Positions 29,815 through 46,170 of a DNA stretch of 64,000 nucleotides are shown here, one piece after another. Made by a program: the position numbers and the translations under genes. The stretch is from Eledone cirrhosa (taxonomy: Eukaryota). The stretch is taken from contig OZ024754.1 of NCBI GenBank assembly GCA_964016885.1, positions 20,894,001 to 20,958,000 of the forward strand, given 5' to 3'. The number at the start of each line of letters is the position of its first letter. The stretch's first letter is position 1. The notes under the pieces are model-generated. The model saw only the letters and a list, made by a program, of their open reading frames with translations, had not been told where the DNA came from and ran no database searches.

Positions 29815-32800
29815 TATTAGACTTGGTATTAACATAGACTCCCTCACATGTTACCCTTGGTATTAAAATAGACTCCCTCCCATATTACCCTTGGTATTAA
29901 CATAGACTCCCTCCCATATCAGCCTTGGTATTAATATAGAGACTCCGCCCCCCCCCCATATTACCCTTGGTATTAACATAGACTCTCTCCCATATTAGCC
30001 TTGGTATTAACAAAGACTCCCTCACATATTACCCTTGGTATTAACATAGACTCCCTCCAATATTACCCATGGTATTAACATAGACACCCTCCCATATTAC
30101 CCTTGGTATTAACATAGACTCCCTCCCATATTACCCTTGGTATTAACATAGGGACTCCCTCCCATATTACCCTTGGTGTTAACATAGGGACTCCCTCCCA
30201 TATTCCCCTTGGTATTAACATAGGGACTCCCTCCCATATTAGCCTTGGTATTAACATAGACTCCCTTCCATATTAGCCTTGGTATTTACATAGACTCCCT
30301 CCCATATTACCCTTGGTATTAACATAGGGACTCCCTCCAATATTACCCTTGGTATTAACATAGACTCCCTCCCATATTACCCATGGTATTAACATAGACA
30401 CCCTCCCATATTACCCTTGGTATTAACATAGACTCCCTCCCATATTACCCTTGGTATTAACATAGGGACTCCCTCCCATATTACCCTTGGTATTAACATA
30501 GGGACTCTCTCCCATATTACCCTTGGTATTAACATAGACTCCCTCCCATATTACCCTTGGTATTAACATAGACTCCCTCCCATATTAGCCTTGGTATTAA
30601 CATAGAGACTCCGTCCCGTATTACCCTTGGTATTAACATAAACTCACTCCCATATTACCCTTGGTATTAACATAGGGACTCCCTCCCATATTACCCTTGG
30701 TATTAACATAGGGACTCCCTCTCATACTACCCTTGGTATTAACATAGACTCCCTCACATATTACCCTTGGTGTTAACATAGACTCCCTCCCATATTCCTG
30801 TTGGTATTAACATAGGGACTCCCTCCCATATTAGCCTTGGTATTAACATAGGGACTCCCTCCCATATTAGCCTTGGTATTAACATAGGGACTCCCTCCCA
30901 TATTACCCTTGGTATTAACATAGACTCCCTCCCATATTACCCTTGGTATTAACATAGGGACTCCCTCCCATATTAGCCTTGGTATTAACATAGACTCCCT
31001 CCCATATTACCCTTGGTATTAACATAGACTCCATCCCATGTTAGCCTTGGTATTAACATAGACTCCCTCCCATATTAGCCTTGGTATTAACATAGACTCC
31101 CTCCCATATTAGGCTTGGTATTAACATAGACTCCCTCCCATATTAGCCTTGGTATTAACATAGACTCCCTCCCATATTACCCTTGCTATTAACATAAGGA
31201 CTCCCTCCCATATTACCCTTGGTATTAACATAGGGCCTCCCTCCCATATTACCCTTGGTATTAACATGGACTCCCTCCCATATTAGCCTTATTAACATAG
31301 GGACTCCCTCCCATATTACACTTGGTATTAACATAGACACCCTCCCATATTACCCTTGGTATTATCATAGGGACTCCCTCCCATATTACCCTTGGTATTA
31401 ACATAGACTCCCTCCCATATTACACTTGGTACTAACATAGACTCCCTCCCATATTAGCCTTCGTATTAACATAGGGACTCCCTCCCATATTAGACTTGGT
31501 ATTAACATAGACTCCCTCACATGTTACCCTTGGTATTAAAATAGACTCCCTCCCATATTACCCTTGGTATTAACATAGACTCCCTCCCATATCAGCCTTG
31601 GTATTAATATAGAGACTCCGCCCCCCCCCCCCATATTACCCTTGGTATTAACATAGACTCTCTCCCATATTAGCCTTGGTATTAACAAAGACTCCCTCAC
31701 ATATTACCCTTGGTATTAACATAGACTCCCTCCCATATTACCCATGGTATTAACATAGACACCCTCCCATATTACCCTTGGTATTAACATAGACTCCCTC
31801 CCATATTACCCTTGGTATTAACATAGGGACTCCCTCCCATATTACCCTTGGTGTTAACATAGGGACTCCCTCCCATATTCCCCTTGGTATTAACATAAGG
31901 ACTCCCTCCCATATTAACCTTGGTATTAACATAGACTCCCTTCCATATTAGCCTTGGTATTTACATAGACTCCCTCCCATATTACCCTTGGTATTAACAT
32001 AGGGACTCCCTCCAATATTACCCTTGGTATTAACATAGACTCCCTCCCATATTACCCATGGTATTAACATAGACACCCTCCCATATTACCCTTGGTATTA
32101 ACATAGACTCCCTCCCATATTACCCTTGGTATTAACATAGGGACTCCCTCCCATATTACCCTTGGTATTAACATAGGGACTCTCTCCCATATTACCCTTG
32201 GTATTAACATAGACTCCCTCCAATATTACCCTTGGTATTAACATAGACTCCCTCCCATATTAGCCTTGGTATTAACATAGAGACTCCGTCCCGTATTACC
32301 CTTGGTATTAACATAAACTCACTCCCATATTACCCTTGGTATTAACATAGGGACTCCCTCCCATATTACCCTTGGTATTAACATAGGGACTCCCTCTCAT
32401 ACTACCCTTGGTATTAACATAGACTCCCTCACATATTACCCTTGGTGTTAACATAGACTCCCTCCCATATTCCTGTTGGTATTAACATAGGGACTCCCTC
32501 CCATATTAGCCTTGGTATTAACATAGGGACTCCCTCCCATATTAGCCTTGGTATTAACATAGGGACTCCCTCCCATATTACCCTTGGTATTAACATAGAC
32601 TCCCTCCCATATTACCCTTGGTATTAACATAGGGACTCCCTCCCATATTAGCCTTGGTATTAACATAGACTCCCTCCCATATTACCCTTGGTATTAACAT
32701 AGACTCCATCCCATGTTAGCCTTGGTATTAACATAGACTCCCTCCCATATTAGCCTTGGTATTAACATAGACTCCCTCCCATATTAGGCTTGGTATTAAC

Positions 32801-33200
32801 ATAGACTCCCTCCCATATTAGCCTTGGTATTAACATAGACTCCCTCCCATATTACCCTTGCTATTAACATAAGGACTCCCTCCCATATTACCCTTGGTAT
32901 TAACATAGGGCCTCCCTCCCATATTACCCTTGGTATTAACATGGACTCCCTCCCATATTACCCTTGGTATTAACATGGACTCCCTCCCATATTAGCCTTA
33001 TTAACATAGGGACTCCCTCCCATATTACACTTGGTATTAACATAGACACCCTCCCATATTACCCTTGGTATTATCATAGGGACTCCCTCCCATATTACCC
33101 TTGGTATTAACATAGACTCCCTCCCATATTACACTTGGTATTAACATAGACTCCCTCCCATATTAGCCTTCGTATTAACATAGGGACTCCCTCCCATATT
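29815..33200. repeat. Tandem duplication, period 1675 bp (~29815-31490 / ~31490-33200)
   Basis: ORF pairs 30075/31750 and 30773/32448 have offset 1675. CTCATACTAC occurs at 30721/32396. The offset becomes 1709 after one extra 34-bp CATGG monomer at ~32940. Confidence 0.9.
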
Positions 33201-36200
33201 ACCCTTGGTATTAACATAGGGACTCCCTGCCATATTACCCTTCGTATTAACATAGACTCCCTCCCATATTACCCTTGGTATTAACATAGACACCCTCCCA
33301 TATTACCCTTGGTATTAACATAGACTCCCTCCCATATTAGCCTTGGTATTAACATAGGGACTCCCTCCTATATTACCCTTAGTATTAACATAGACTCCCT
33401 CCCATATTACCCTTGGTATTAACATAGACTCCCTCCCATGTTAGCCTTGGTATTAACATAGACTCCCTCCCATATTAGCCTTGGTATTAACATAGACTCC
33501 CTCCCATATAGCCTTGGTATTAACATAGATTCGCTCCCATATTAGCCTTAGTATTAACATAGACTCCCTCCATTATTACCCTTGGTATTAACATAGACTC
33601 CCTCCCATATTAGCCTTGGTATTAACATAGACTCCCTCCCATATTACCCTTGGTATTAACATAGGGACTCCCTCCCATATTACCCTTGGTATTAACATAG
33701 GGCCTCCCTCCCATATTACCCTTGGTATTAACATGGACTCCCTCCCATATTAGCCTTATTAACACAGGGACTCCCTCCCATATTTCCCTTGATATCAACA
33801 TAGAGACATCCCACCCCCATATTACCCTTGGTATTAATATAGACTCCCTCCCATATTACCATTGGTATTAACATAGAGACGCCATCCCATATTACCCTTG
33901 GTATTAACATAGACTCCCTCCCATATTACCCTTGGTATTAACATAGACTCCCTCCCATATTACCCTTGGTATTAACATAGAGACTCCCTCCCATATTAAC
34001 TTTGGTATTAACATAGACTCCCTCCCATATTACCCATGGTATTAACATAGACTCCCTCCCATATTAGACTTGGTATTAACATAGACTCCCTCCCATATTA
34101 CCCTTGGTATTAACATAGACTCCCTCCCATATTACCCTTGGTATTAACATAGACTCCCTCCCATATTAGCCTTGGTATTAATATAGAGACTCCGCCCCCC
34201 CCCCCATATTACCCTTGGTATTAACACAGACTCCCTCCCATATTAGCCTTGGTATTAACATAGACTCCCTCACATATTACCCTTGGTATTAACATAGACT
34301 CCCTCCCATATAACCCTTGGTATTAACATTGAATCCCTCACATATTACCCTTGGTATTAACATAGAATACCTCCCATATTACCCTTGGTATTAACATAGG
34401 GACTCCCTCCCATATTACCCTTGGTATTAACATAGGGACTCCCTCTCATATTACCCTTGGTATTAACATAGACTCCCTCACATATTACCCTTGGTGTTAA
34501 CATAGACTCCCTCCCATATTCCTGTTGGTATTAACATAGGGACTCCCTCCCATATTAGCCTTGGTATTAACATAGGGACTCCCTCCCCTATTAGCCTTGG
34601 TATTAACATAGACTACCTCCCATATTACCCTTGGTATTAACATAGGGACTCCCTCCCATATTACCCTTGGTATTAACATAGGGACTCCCTCCCATATTAC
34701 CCTTGGTATTAACATAGACTCCCTCCCATATTACCCTTGGTATTAACATAGACACCCTCCCATATTACCCTTGGTATTAACATATACTCCCTCCCATATT
34801 AGCCTTGGTATTAACATAGGGACTCCCTCATATATTACCCTTAGTATTCACATAGACTCCCTCCCATATTACCCTTGGTATCACCATAGACTCCCTCCCA
34901 TGTTAGCGTTGGTATTAACATAGACTCCCTCCCATATTAGCCTTGGTATTAACATAGACACCCTCCCATATTAGCCTTAGTATTAACATAGACTCCTTCC
35001 CATATTACCCTTGGTATTAACATAGACTCCCACCCATATTAGCCTTGGTATTAACATAGACTCCCTCCCATATTAGCCTTGGTATTAACATAGACTCCCT
35101 CCCATATTACCCTTGGTATTAACATAGGGACTCCCTCCCATATTACCCTTGGTATTAACATAGGGCCTCCCTCCCATATTACCCTTGGTATTAACATGGA
35201 CTCCCTCCCATATTAGCCTTATTAACATAGGGACTCCCTCCCATATTACCCTTGGTATTAACATAGACACCCGCCCATATTACCCTTGGTATTATCATAG
35301 GGACTCCCTCCCATATTACCCTTGGTATTAACATAGACTCCCTCCCATATTACCCTTGGTATTAACATAGACTCCCTCCCATATTAGCCTTCGTATTAAC
35401 ATAGGGACTCCCTCCCATATTACCCTTGGTATTAACATAGGGACTCCCTCCCATATTAGACTTGGTATTAACATAGACTCCCTCCCATATTACCCTTGGT
35501 ATTATCATAGGGACTCCCTCCCATATTACCCTTGGTATTAACATAGACTCCCTCCCATATTACCCTTGGTATTAACATAGGGACTCCCTCCTATATTACC
35601 CTTAGTATTAACATAGACTCCCTCCCATATTACCCTTGGTATTAACATAGACTCCCTGCCATATTACCCTTTGTATTAACATAGACTGCCTCCCATATTA
35701 CCCTTTGTATTAACATAGACTCCTCCCATATTACCCTTGGTATTAACATAGACTCCCTCCCATATTAGCCTTGGTATTAACATAGAGACTCCCCACCCCC
35801 ATATTACCCTTGGTATTAATATAGACTCCCTCCCATATTACCCTTGGTATTAACATAGAGACGCCCTCCCATATTACCCTTAGTATTAACATAGAGACGC
35901 TCTCCCATATTACCCTTGGTATTAACATAGACTCCCTCCCATGTTACCCTTGGTATTAACATAGACTCCCTCCCATATTACCCTTGGTATTAACATAGAG
36001 ACTCCCTCCCATATTAACATTGGTATTAACATAGACTCCTTCCCATATTACCCATGGTATTAACATAGACTCCCTCCCATATTAGACTTGGTATTAACAT
36101 AGACTCCCTCACATGTTACCCTTGGTATTAAAATAGACTCGCTCCCATATTACCCTTGGTATTAACATAGACTCCCTCCCATATCAGCCTTGGTATTAAT

Positions 36201-38769
36201 ATAGAGACTCCGCCCCCCCCCCCATATTACCCTTGGTATTAACATAGACTCTCTCCCATATTAGCCTTGGTATTAACAAAGACTCCCTCACATATTACCC
36301 TTGGTATTAACATAGACTCCCTCCCATATTACCCTTGGTATTAACATTGACTCCCTCACATATTACCCTTGGTATTAACATAGACTCCCTCCCATATTAC
36401 CCTTGGTATTAACATAGGGAATACCTCCCATATTACCCTTGGTATTAACATAGGGACTCCATCCAATATTACCTTTGGTATTAACATAGACTCCCTCCCA
36501 TATTAGCCTTGGTATTAACATAGACTCCCTTCCATATTAGCCTTGGTATTTACATAGACTCCCTCCCATATTACCCTTGGTATTAACATAGGGACTCCCT
36601 CCCATATTACCCTTGGTATTAACATAGACTCCCTCCCATATTACCCATGGTATTAACATAGACACCCTCCCATATTACCCTTGGTATTAACATAGACTCC
36701 CTCCCATATTAGCCTTGGTATTAACATAGACTCCCTCCCATATTAGCCTTGGTATTAACATAGACTCCCTCCCATATTAGCCTTAGTATTAACATAGACT
36801 CCCTCCATTATTACCCTTGGTATTAACATAGACTCCCTCCCATATTAGCCTTGGTATTAACATAGACTCCCTCCCATATTAGCCTTGGTATTAACATAGA
36901 CTCCTTCCCATATTACCCTTGGTATTAACAAAGAGACTCCCTCCCATATTACCCTTGGTATTAACATAGGGCCTCCCTCCTATATTACCCTTGGTATTAA
37001 CATGGACTCCCTCCCATATTAGCCTTATTAACATAGGGACTCCCTCCCATATTTCCCTTGGTATTAACATAGAGACACCCCACCCCCATATTACCCTTGG
37101 TATTAATATAGACTCCCTCCCATATTACCCTTGGTATTAACATAGAGACGCCATCCCATATTACCCTTGGTATTAATATAGACTCCCTCCCATATTACCC
37201 TTGGTATTAACATAGAGACGCCATCCCATATTACCCTTGGTATTAACATAGACTCCCTCCCATATTACCCTTGGTATTAACATAGACTCCCTCCCATATT
37301 ACCCTTGGTATTAACATAGAGACTCCCTCCCATATTAACATTGGTATTAACATAGACTCCCTCCCATATTACCCATGGTATTAACATAGACTCCCTCCCA
37401 TATTAGACTTGGTATTAACATAGACTCCCTCCCATATTACCCTTGGTATTAACATAGACTCCCTCCCATATTACCCTTGGTATTAACATAGACTCCCTCC
37501 CATATTAGCCTTGGTATTAATATAGAGATTCCGCCCGCCCATATTACCCTTGGTATTAACACAGACTCCCTCCCATATTAGCCTTGGTATTAACATAGAG
37601 TCCCTCACATATTACCCTTGGTATTAACATAGACTCCCTCCCATATTACCCTTGGTATTAACATTGACTCCCTCACATATTACCCTTGGTATTAACATAG
37701 ACTACCTCCCATATTACCCTTGGTATTAACATACGGACTCCCTCCCATATTACCCTTGGTATTAACATTGGGACTCCCTCTCATATTACCCTTGGTATTA
37801 ACATAGACTCCCTCACATATTACCCTTGGTGTTAGCATAGACTCCCTCCCATATTCCTGTTGGTATTAACATAGGGACTCCCACCCATATTAGCCTTGGT
37901 ATTAACATAGGGACTCCCTCCCATATTACCCTTGGTATTAACATAGGGACTCCCTCCCATATTAGCCTTGGTATTAACATAGACTCCCGCCCATATTAGC
38001 CTTGGTATTTACATAGACTTCCTCCCATATTACCCTTGGTATTAACATAGACTCCCTCCCATATTACCCTTGGTATTAACATAGACTCCCTCCCATATTA
38101 GCCTTCGTATTAACATAGGGACTCCCTCCCATATTACCCTTGGTATTAACATAGGGACTCCCTCCCATATTAGACTTGGTATTAACATAGACTCCCTCCC
38201 ATATTACCCTTGGTATTATCATAGGGACTCCCTCCCATATTACCCTTGGTATTAACATAGACTCCCACCCATATTAGCCTTGGTATTTACATAGGGACTC
38301 CCTCCCATATTAGCCTTGGTGTTAACATAGACTCCCTCCCATATTCCTGTTGGTATTAACATAGGGACTCCCACCCATATTAGCCTTTGTATTAACATAG
38401 GGACTCCCTCCCATATTAGCCTTGGTATTAACATAGGGACTCCCTCCCATATTAGCCTTGGTATTAACATAGACTCCCGCCCATATTAGCCTTGGTATTT
38501 ACATAGACTTCCTCCCATATTACCCTTGGTATTAACATAGACTCCCTCCCATATTACCCTTGGTATTAACATAGGGACTCCCTCCCATATTAGACTTGGT
38601 ATTAATATAGACTCCCTCCATATTACCCTTGGTATTAACATAGACTCCCTCCCATATTACCCTTGGTATTAACATAGACTCCCTCCCATTTAAGCCTTGG
38701 TATTAACATAGACTCCCTCCCATACTAGCCTTGGTATTAACATAGACTCCCTCCCATATTAGCCTTGGC

Positions 38770-41400
38770 ATTAACATAGACTCCCTCCCATATTAGCCTT
38801 GGTATTAACATAGGGACTCCCTCCCATATTACCCTTGGTATTAACATAGGGCCTCCCTCCCATATTACCCTTGGTATTAACATGGACTCCCTCTCATATT
38901 AGCCTTATTAACATAGGGACTCCCTCCCATATTACCCTTGGTATTAACATTGGGACTCCCTCTCATATTACCCTTGGTATTAACATAGACTCCCTCACAT
39001 ATTACCCTTGGTGTTAACATAGACTCCCTCCCATATTCCTGTTGGTATTAACATAGGGACTCCCACCCATATTAGCCTTGGTATTAACATAGGGACTCCC
39101 TCCTATATTAGCCTTGGTATTAACATAGGGACTCCCTCCCATATTAGCCTTGGTATTAACATAGACTCCCGCCCATATTAGCCTTGGTATTTACATAGAC
39201 TTCCTCCCATATTACCCTTGGTATTAATATAGACTCCCTCCCATATTACCCTTGGTATTAACATAGGGCCTCCCTCCCATATTACCCTTGGTATTAACAT
39301 GGACTCCCTCCCATATTAGCCTTATTAACATAGGGACTCCCTCCCATATTACCCTTGGTATTAACATAGACACCCTCCCATATTACCCTTGGTATTATCA
39401 TAGGGACTCCCTCCCATATTACCCTTGGTATTAACATAGACTCCCTCCCATATTACCCTTGGTATTAACATAGACTCCCTGCCATATTACCCTCTGTATT
39501 AACATAGACTGCCTCCCATATTACCCTTTGTATTAACATAGACTCCCTCCCATATTAGCCTTGGTATTAACATAGAGACTCCCCACCCCCATATTACCCT
39601 TGGTATTAATATAGACTCCCTCCCATATTACCCTTGGTATTAACATAGAGACGCCCTCCCATATTACCCTTAGTATTAACATAGAGACGCTCTCCCATAT
39701 TACCCTTGGTATTAACATAGACTCCCTCCCATGTTACCCTTGGTATTAACATAGACTCCCTCCCATATTACCCTTGGTATTAACATAGAGACTCCCTCCC
39801 ATATTAACATTGGTATTAACATAGACTCCCTCCCATATTACCCATGGTATTAACATAGACTCCCTCCCATATTAGACTTGGTATGAACATAGACTCCCTC
39901 ACATGTTACCCTTGGTATTAAAATAGACTCGCTCCCATATTACCCTTGGTATTAACATAGACTCCCTCCCATATCAGCCTTGGTATTAATATAGAGACTC
40001 CCCCCCCCCCCCATATTACCCTTGGTATTAACATAGACTCTCTCCCATATTAGCCTTGGTATTAACAAAGACTCCCTCACATATTACCCTTGGTATTAAC
40101 ATAGACTCCCTCCCATATTACCCTTGGTATTAACATTGACTCCCTCACATATTACCCTTGGTATTAACATAGACACCCTCCCATATTACCCTTGGTATTA
40201 AGATAGGGACTACCTCCCATATTACCCTTGGTATTAACATAGGGACTCCATCCAATATTACCTTTGGTATTAATATAGACTCCCTACCATATTACCCTTG
40301 GTATTAACATAGGGACTCCCTCCTATATTACCCTTAGTATTCACATAGACTCCCTCCCATATTACCCTTGGTATCACCATAGACTCCCTCCCATGTTAGC
40401 CTTGGTATTAACATAGACTCCCTCCCATATTAGCCTTGGTATTAACATAGACTCCCTCCCATATTAGCCTTGGTATTAACATAGGGACTCCCTCCCATAT
40501 TACCCTTGGTATTAACATAGGGCCTCCCTCCCATATTACCCTTGGTATTAACATGGACTCCCTCTCATATTAGCCTTATTAACATAGGGACTCCCTCCCA
40601 TATTACCCTTGGTATTAACATTGGGACTCCCTCTCATATTACCCTTGGTATTAACATAGACTCCCTCACATATTACCCTTGGTGTTAACATAGACTCCCT
40701 CCCATATTCCTGTTGGTATTAACATAGGGACTCCCACCCATATTAGCCTTGGTATTAACATAGGGACTCCCTCCTATATTAGCCTTGGTATTAACATAGG
40801 GACTCCCTCCCATATTAGCCTTGGTATTAACATAGACTCCCGCCCATATTAGCCTTGGTATTTACATAGACTTCCTCCCATATTACCCTTGGTATTAACA
40901 TAGACTCCCTCCCATATTACCCTTGGTATTAACATAGGGCCTCCCTCCCATATTACCCTTGGTATTAACATGGACTCCTTCCCATATTAGCCTTATTAAC
41001 ATAGGGACTCCCTCCCATATTACCCTTGGTATTAACATAGACACCCTCCCATATTACCCTTGGTATTATCACAGGGACTCCCTCCCATATTACCCTTGGT
41101 ATTAACATAGACTCCCTCCCATATTACCCTTGGTATTAACATAGACTCCCTGCCATATTACCCTCTGTATTAACATAGACTGCCTCCCATATTACCCTTT
41201 GTATTAACATAGACTCCCTCCCATATTAGCCTTGGAATTAACATAGAGACTCCCCACCCCCATATTACCCTTGGTATTAATATAGACTCCCTCCCATATT
41301 ACCCTTGGTATTAACATAGAGACGCCCTCCCATATTACCCTTAGTATTAACATAGAGACGCTCTCCCATATTACCCTTGGTATTAACATAGACTCCCTCA
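38770..41400. repeat. Partial duplication, offset 1671 bp (~38770-39730 / ~40440-41400)
   Basis: TGGGACTCCCTCTCAT at 38951/40622, private CCTCTGTATT at 39491/41162, ORFs at 39533/41204. Confidence 0.85.
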
Positions 41401-42184
41401 CATATTACCCTTGGTATTAACATAGACTCCCTCCCATATTACCCTTGGTATTAACATTGACTCCCTCACATATTACCCTTGGTATTAACATAGACACCCT
41501 CCCATATAACCCTTGGTATTAAGATAGGGACTCCCTCCCATATTAGCCTTGGTATTAACATAGAGACTCCGTCGCGTATTACCCTTGGTATTAACATAGA
41601 CTCACTCCCATATTACCCTTGGTATTAACATAGGGACTCCCTCCCATATTACCCTTGGTGTTAACATAGGGACTCCCTCCCATATTACCCTTGGTATTAA
41701 CATAGGGACTCTCTCCCATATTAGCCTTGGTATTAACATAGACTCCCTTCCATATTAGCCTTGGTATTTACATAGACTCCCTCCCATATTACCCATGGTA
41801 TTAACATAGACACCCTCCCATATTACCCTTGGTATTAACATAGACTCCCTCCCATATTAGCCTTGGTATTAACATAGGGACTCCCTCCTATATTACCCTT
41901 AGTATTAACATAGACTCCCTCCCATATTACCCTTGGTATTAACATAGACTCCCTCCCATGTTAGCCTTGGTATTAACATAGACTCCCTCCCATATTAGCC
42001 TTGGTATTAACATAGACTCCCTCCCATATTAGCCTTAGTATTAACATAGACTCCCTCCATTATTACCCTTGGTATTAACATAGACTCCCTCCCATATTAG
42101 CCTTGGTATTAACATAGACTCCCTCCCATATTACCCTTGGTATTAACAAAGAGACTCCCTCCCATATTACCCTTGGTATTAACA

Positions 42185-45100
42185 TAGGGCCTCCCTCCCA
42201 TATTACCCTTGGTATTAACATGGACTCCCTCCCATATTAGCCTTATTAACATAGGGACTCCCTCCCATATTTCCCTTGGTATTAACATAGAGACACCCCA
42301 CCCCCATATTACCCTTGGTATTAATATAGACTCCCTCCCATATTACCCTTGGTATTAACATAGACTCCCTCCCATATTACCCTTGGTATTAACATAGACT
42401 CCCTCCCATATTACCCTTGGTATTAACATAGAGACTCCCTCCCATATTAACATTGGTATTAACATAGACTCCCTCCCATATTACCCATGGTATTAACATA
42501 GACTCCCTCCCATATTAGACTTGGTATTAACATAGACTCCCTCCCATATTACCCTTGGTATTAACATAGACTCCCTCCCATATTACCCTTGGTATTAACA
42601 TAGACTCCCTCCCATATTAGCCTTGGTATTAATATAGAGACTCCGCCCGCCCATATTACCCTTGGTATTAACACAGACTCCCTCCCATATTAGCCTTGGT
42701 ATTAACATAGACTCCCTCACATATTACCCTTGGTATTAACATAGACTCCCTCCCATATTACCCTTGGTATTAACATAGACTACCTCCCATATTACCCTTG
42801 GTATTAACGTAGGGACTCCCTCCCATATTACCCTTGGTATTAACATTGGGACTCCCTCTCATATTACCCTTGGTATTAACATAGACTCCCTCACATATTA
42901 CCCTTGGTGTTAACATAGACTCCCTCCCATATTCCTGTTGGTATTAACATAGGGACTCCCACCCATATTAGCCTTGGTATTAACATAGGGACTCCCTCCC
43001 ATATTAGCCTTGGTATTAACACAGGGACTCCCTCCCATATTAGCCTTGGTATTAACATAGACACCCGCCCATATTAGCCTTGGTACTTACATAGACATCC
43101 TCCCATATTACCCTTGGTATTAACATAGACTCCCTCCCATATTACCCTTGGTATTAACATAGGGACTCCCTCCCATATTAGACTTGGTATTAATATAGAC
43201 TCCCTCCATATTACCCTTGGTATTAACATAGACTCCCTCCCATATTACCCTTGGTATTAACATAGACTCCCTCCCATTTAAGCCTTGGTATTAACATAGA
43301 CTCCCTCCCATACTAGCCTTGGTATTAACATAGACTCCCTCCCATATTAGCCTTGGTATTAACATAGACTCCCTCCCATATTAGCCTAGGTATTAACATA
43401 GACTCCCTCCCATATTACCCTTGGTATTAACATAGGGACTCCCTCCCATATTACCCTTGGTATTAACATAGGGACTCCCTCCCATACTACCCTTGGTATT
43501 AACATAGACTCCCTCCCATATTACCCTTGGTATTAACATAGACACCCTCCCATATTACCCTTGGTATTAACATAGACTCCCTCCCATATTAGCCTTGGTA
43601 TTAACATAGGGACTCCCTCCTATATTACCCTTAGTATTCACATAGACTCCCTCCCATATTACCCTTGGTATCACCATAGACTCCCTCCCATGTTAGCCTT
43701 GGTATTAACATAGACTCCCTCCCATATTAGCCTTGGTATTAACATAGACTCCCTCCCATATTAGCCTTGGTATTAACATAGACACCCTCCCATATTAGCC
43801 TTAGTATTAACATAGACTCCTTCCCATATTACCCTTGGTATTAACATAGACTCCCTCCCATATTAGCCTTGGTATTAACATAGACTCCCTCCCATATTAG
43901 CCTTGGTATTAACATAGACTCCCTCCCATATTACCCTTGGTATTAACATAGGGACTCCCTCCCATATTACCCTTGGTATTAACATAGGGCCTCCCTCCCA
44001 TATTACCCTTGGTATTAACATGGACTCCCTCTCATATTAGCCTTATTAACATAGGGACTCCCTCCCATATTACCCTTGGTATTAACATTGGGACTCCCTC
44101 TCATATTACCCTTGGTATTAACATAGACTCCCTCACATATTACCCTTGGTGTTAACATAGGGCCTCCCTCCCATATTACCCTTGGTATTAACATGGACTC
44201 CCTCCCATATTAGCCTTATTAACATAGGGACTCCCTCCCATATTTCCCTTGGTATTAACATAGAGACACCCCACCCCCATATTACCCTTGGTATTAATAT
44301 AGACTCCCTCCCATATTACCCTTGGTATTAACATAGAGACGCCATCCCATATTACCCTTGGTATTAACATAGACTCCCTCCCATATTACCCTTGGTATTA
44401 ACATAGACTCCCTCCCATATTACCCTTGGTATTAACATAGAGACTCCCTCCCATATTAACATTGGTATTAACATAGACTCCCTCCCATATTACCCATGGT
44501 ATTAACATAGACTCCCTCCCATATTAGACTTGGTATTAACATAGACTCCCTCCCATATTACCCTTGGTATTAACATAGACTCCCTCCCATATTACCCTTG
44601 GTATTAACATAGACTCCCTCCCATATTAGCCTTGGTATTAATATAGAGACTCCGCCCGCCCATATTACCCTTGGTATTAACACAGACTCCCTCCCATATT
44701 AGCCTTGGTATTAACATAGACTCCCTCACATATTACCCTTGGTATTAACATAGACTCCCTCCCATATTACCCTTGGTATTAACATAGACTACCTCCCATA
44801 TTACCCTTGGTATTAACGTAGGGACTCCCTCCCATATTACCCTTGGTATTAACATTGGGACTCCCTCTCATATTACCCTTGGTATTAACATAGACTCCCT
44901 CACATATTACCCTTGGTGTTAACATAAACTCCCTCCCATATTCCTGTTGGTATTAACATAGGGACTCCCACCCATATTAGCCTTGGGATTAACATAGGGA
45001 CTCCCTCCCATATTAGCCTTGGTATTAACATAGGGACTCCCTCCCATATTAGCCTTGGTATTAACATAGACACCCGCCCATATTAGCCTTGGTATTTACA

Positions 45101-46170
45101 TAGACTTCCTCCCATATTACCCTTGGTATTAACATAGACTCCCTCCCATATTACCCTTGGTATTAACATAGGGACTCCCTCCCATATTAGACTTGGTATT
45201 AATATAGACTCCCTCCATATTACCCTTGGTATTAACATAGACTCCCTCCCATATTACCCTTGGTATTAACATAGACTCCCTCCCATTTAAGCCTTGGTAT
45301 TAACATAGACTCCCTCCCATACTAGCCTTGGTATTAACATAGACTCCCTCCCATATTAGCCTTGGTATTAACATAGACTCCCTCCCATATTAGCCTTGGT
45401 ATTAACATAGACTCCCTCCAATATTACCCTTGGTATTAACATAGGGACTCCCTCCCATATTACCCTTGGTATTAACATAGGGACTCCCTCCCATACTACC
45501 CTTGGTATTAACATAGACTCCCTCCCATATTACCCTTGGTATTAACATAGACACCCTCCCATATTACCCTTGGTATTAACATAGACTCCCTCCCATATTA
45601 GCCTTGGTATTAACATAGGGACTCCCTCCTATATTACCCTTAGTATTCACATAGACTCCCTCCCATATTACCCTTGGTATCACCATAGACTCCCTCCCAT
45701 GTTAGCCTTGGTATTAACATAGACTCCCTCCCATATTAGCCTTGGTATTAACATAGACTCCCTCCCATATTAGCCTTAGTATTAACATAGACACCCTCCC
45801 ATATTAGCCTTAGTATTAACATAGACTCCTTCCCATATTACCCTTGGTATTAACATAGACTCCCTCCCATATTAGCCTTGGTATTAACATAGACTCCCTC
45901 CCATATTAGCCTTGGTATTAACATAGACTCCCTCCCATATTACCCTTGGTATTAACATAGGGACTCCCTCCCATATTACCCTTGGTATTAACATAGGGCC
46001 TCCCTCCCATATTACCCTTGGTATTAACATGGACTCCCTCTCATATTAGCCTTATTAACATAGGGACTCCCTCCCATATTACCCTTGGTATTAACATTGG
46101 GACTCCCTCTCATATTACCCTTGGTATTAACATAGACTCCCTCACATATTACCCTTGGTGTTAACATAGA
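42185..46170. repeat. Tandem duplication, period 2009 bp (~42185-44160 / ~44160-46170)
   Basis: CTCCGCCCGCCC at 42641/44650, TATTAACGTAGGG at 42802/44811, CTCCCATTTAAGCC at 43271/45280. The offset is 1973 upstream of one extra 36-bp monomer at ~44333. Confidence 0.9.
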
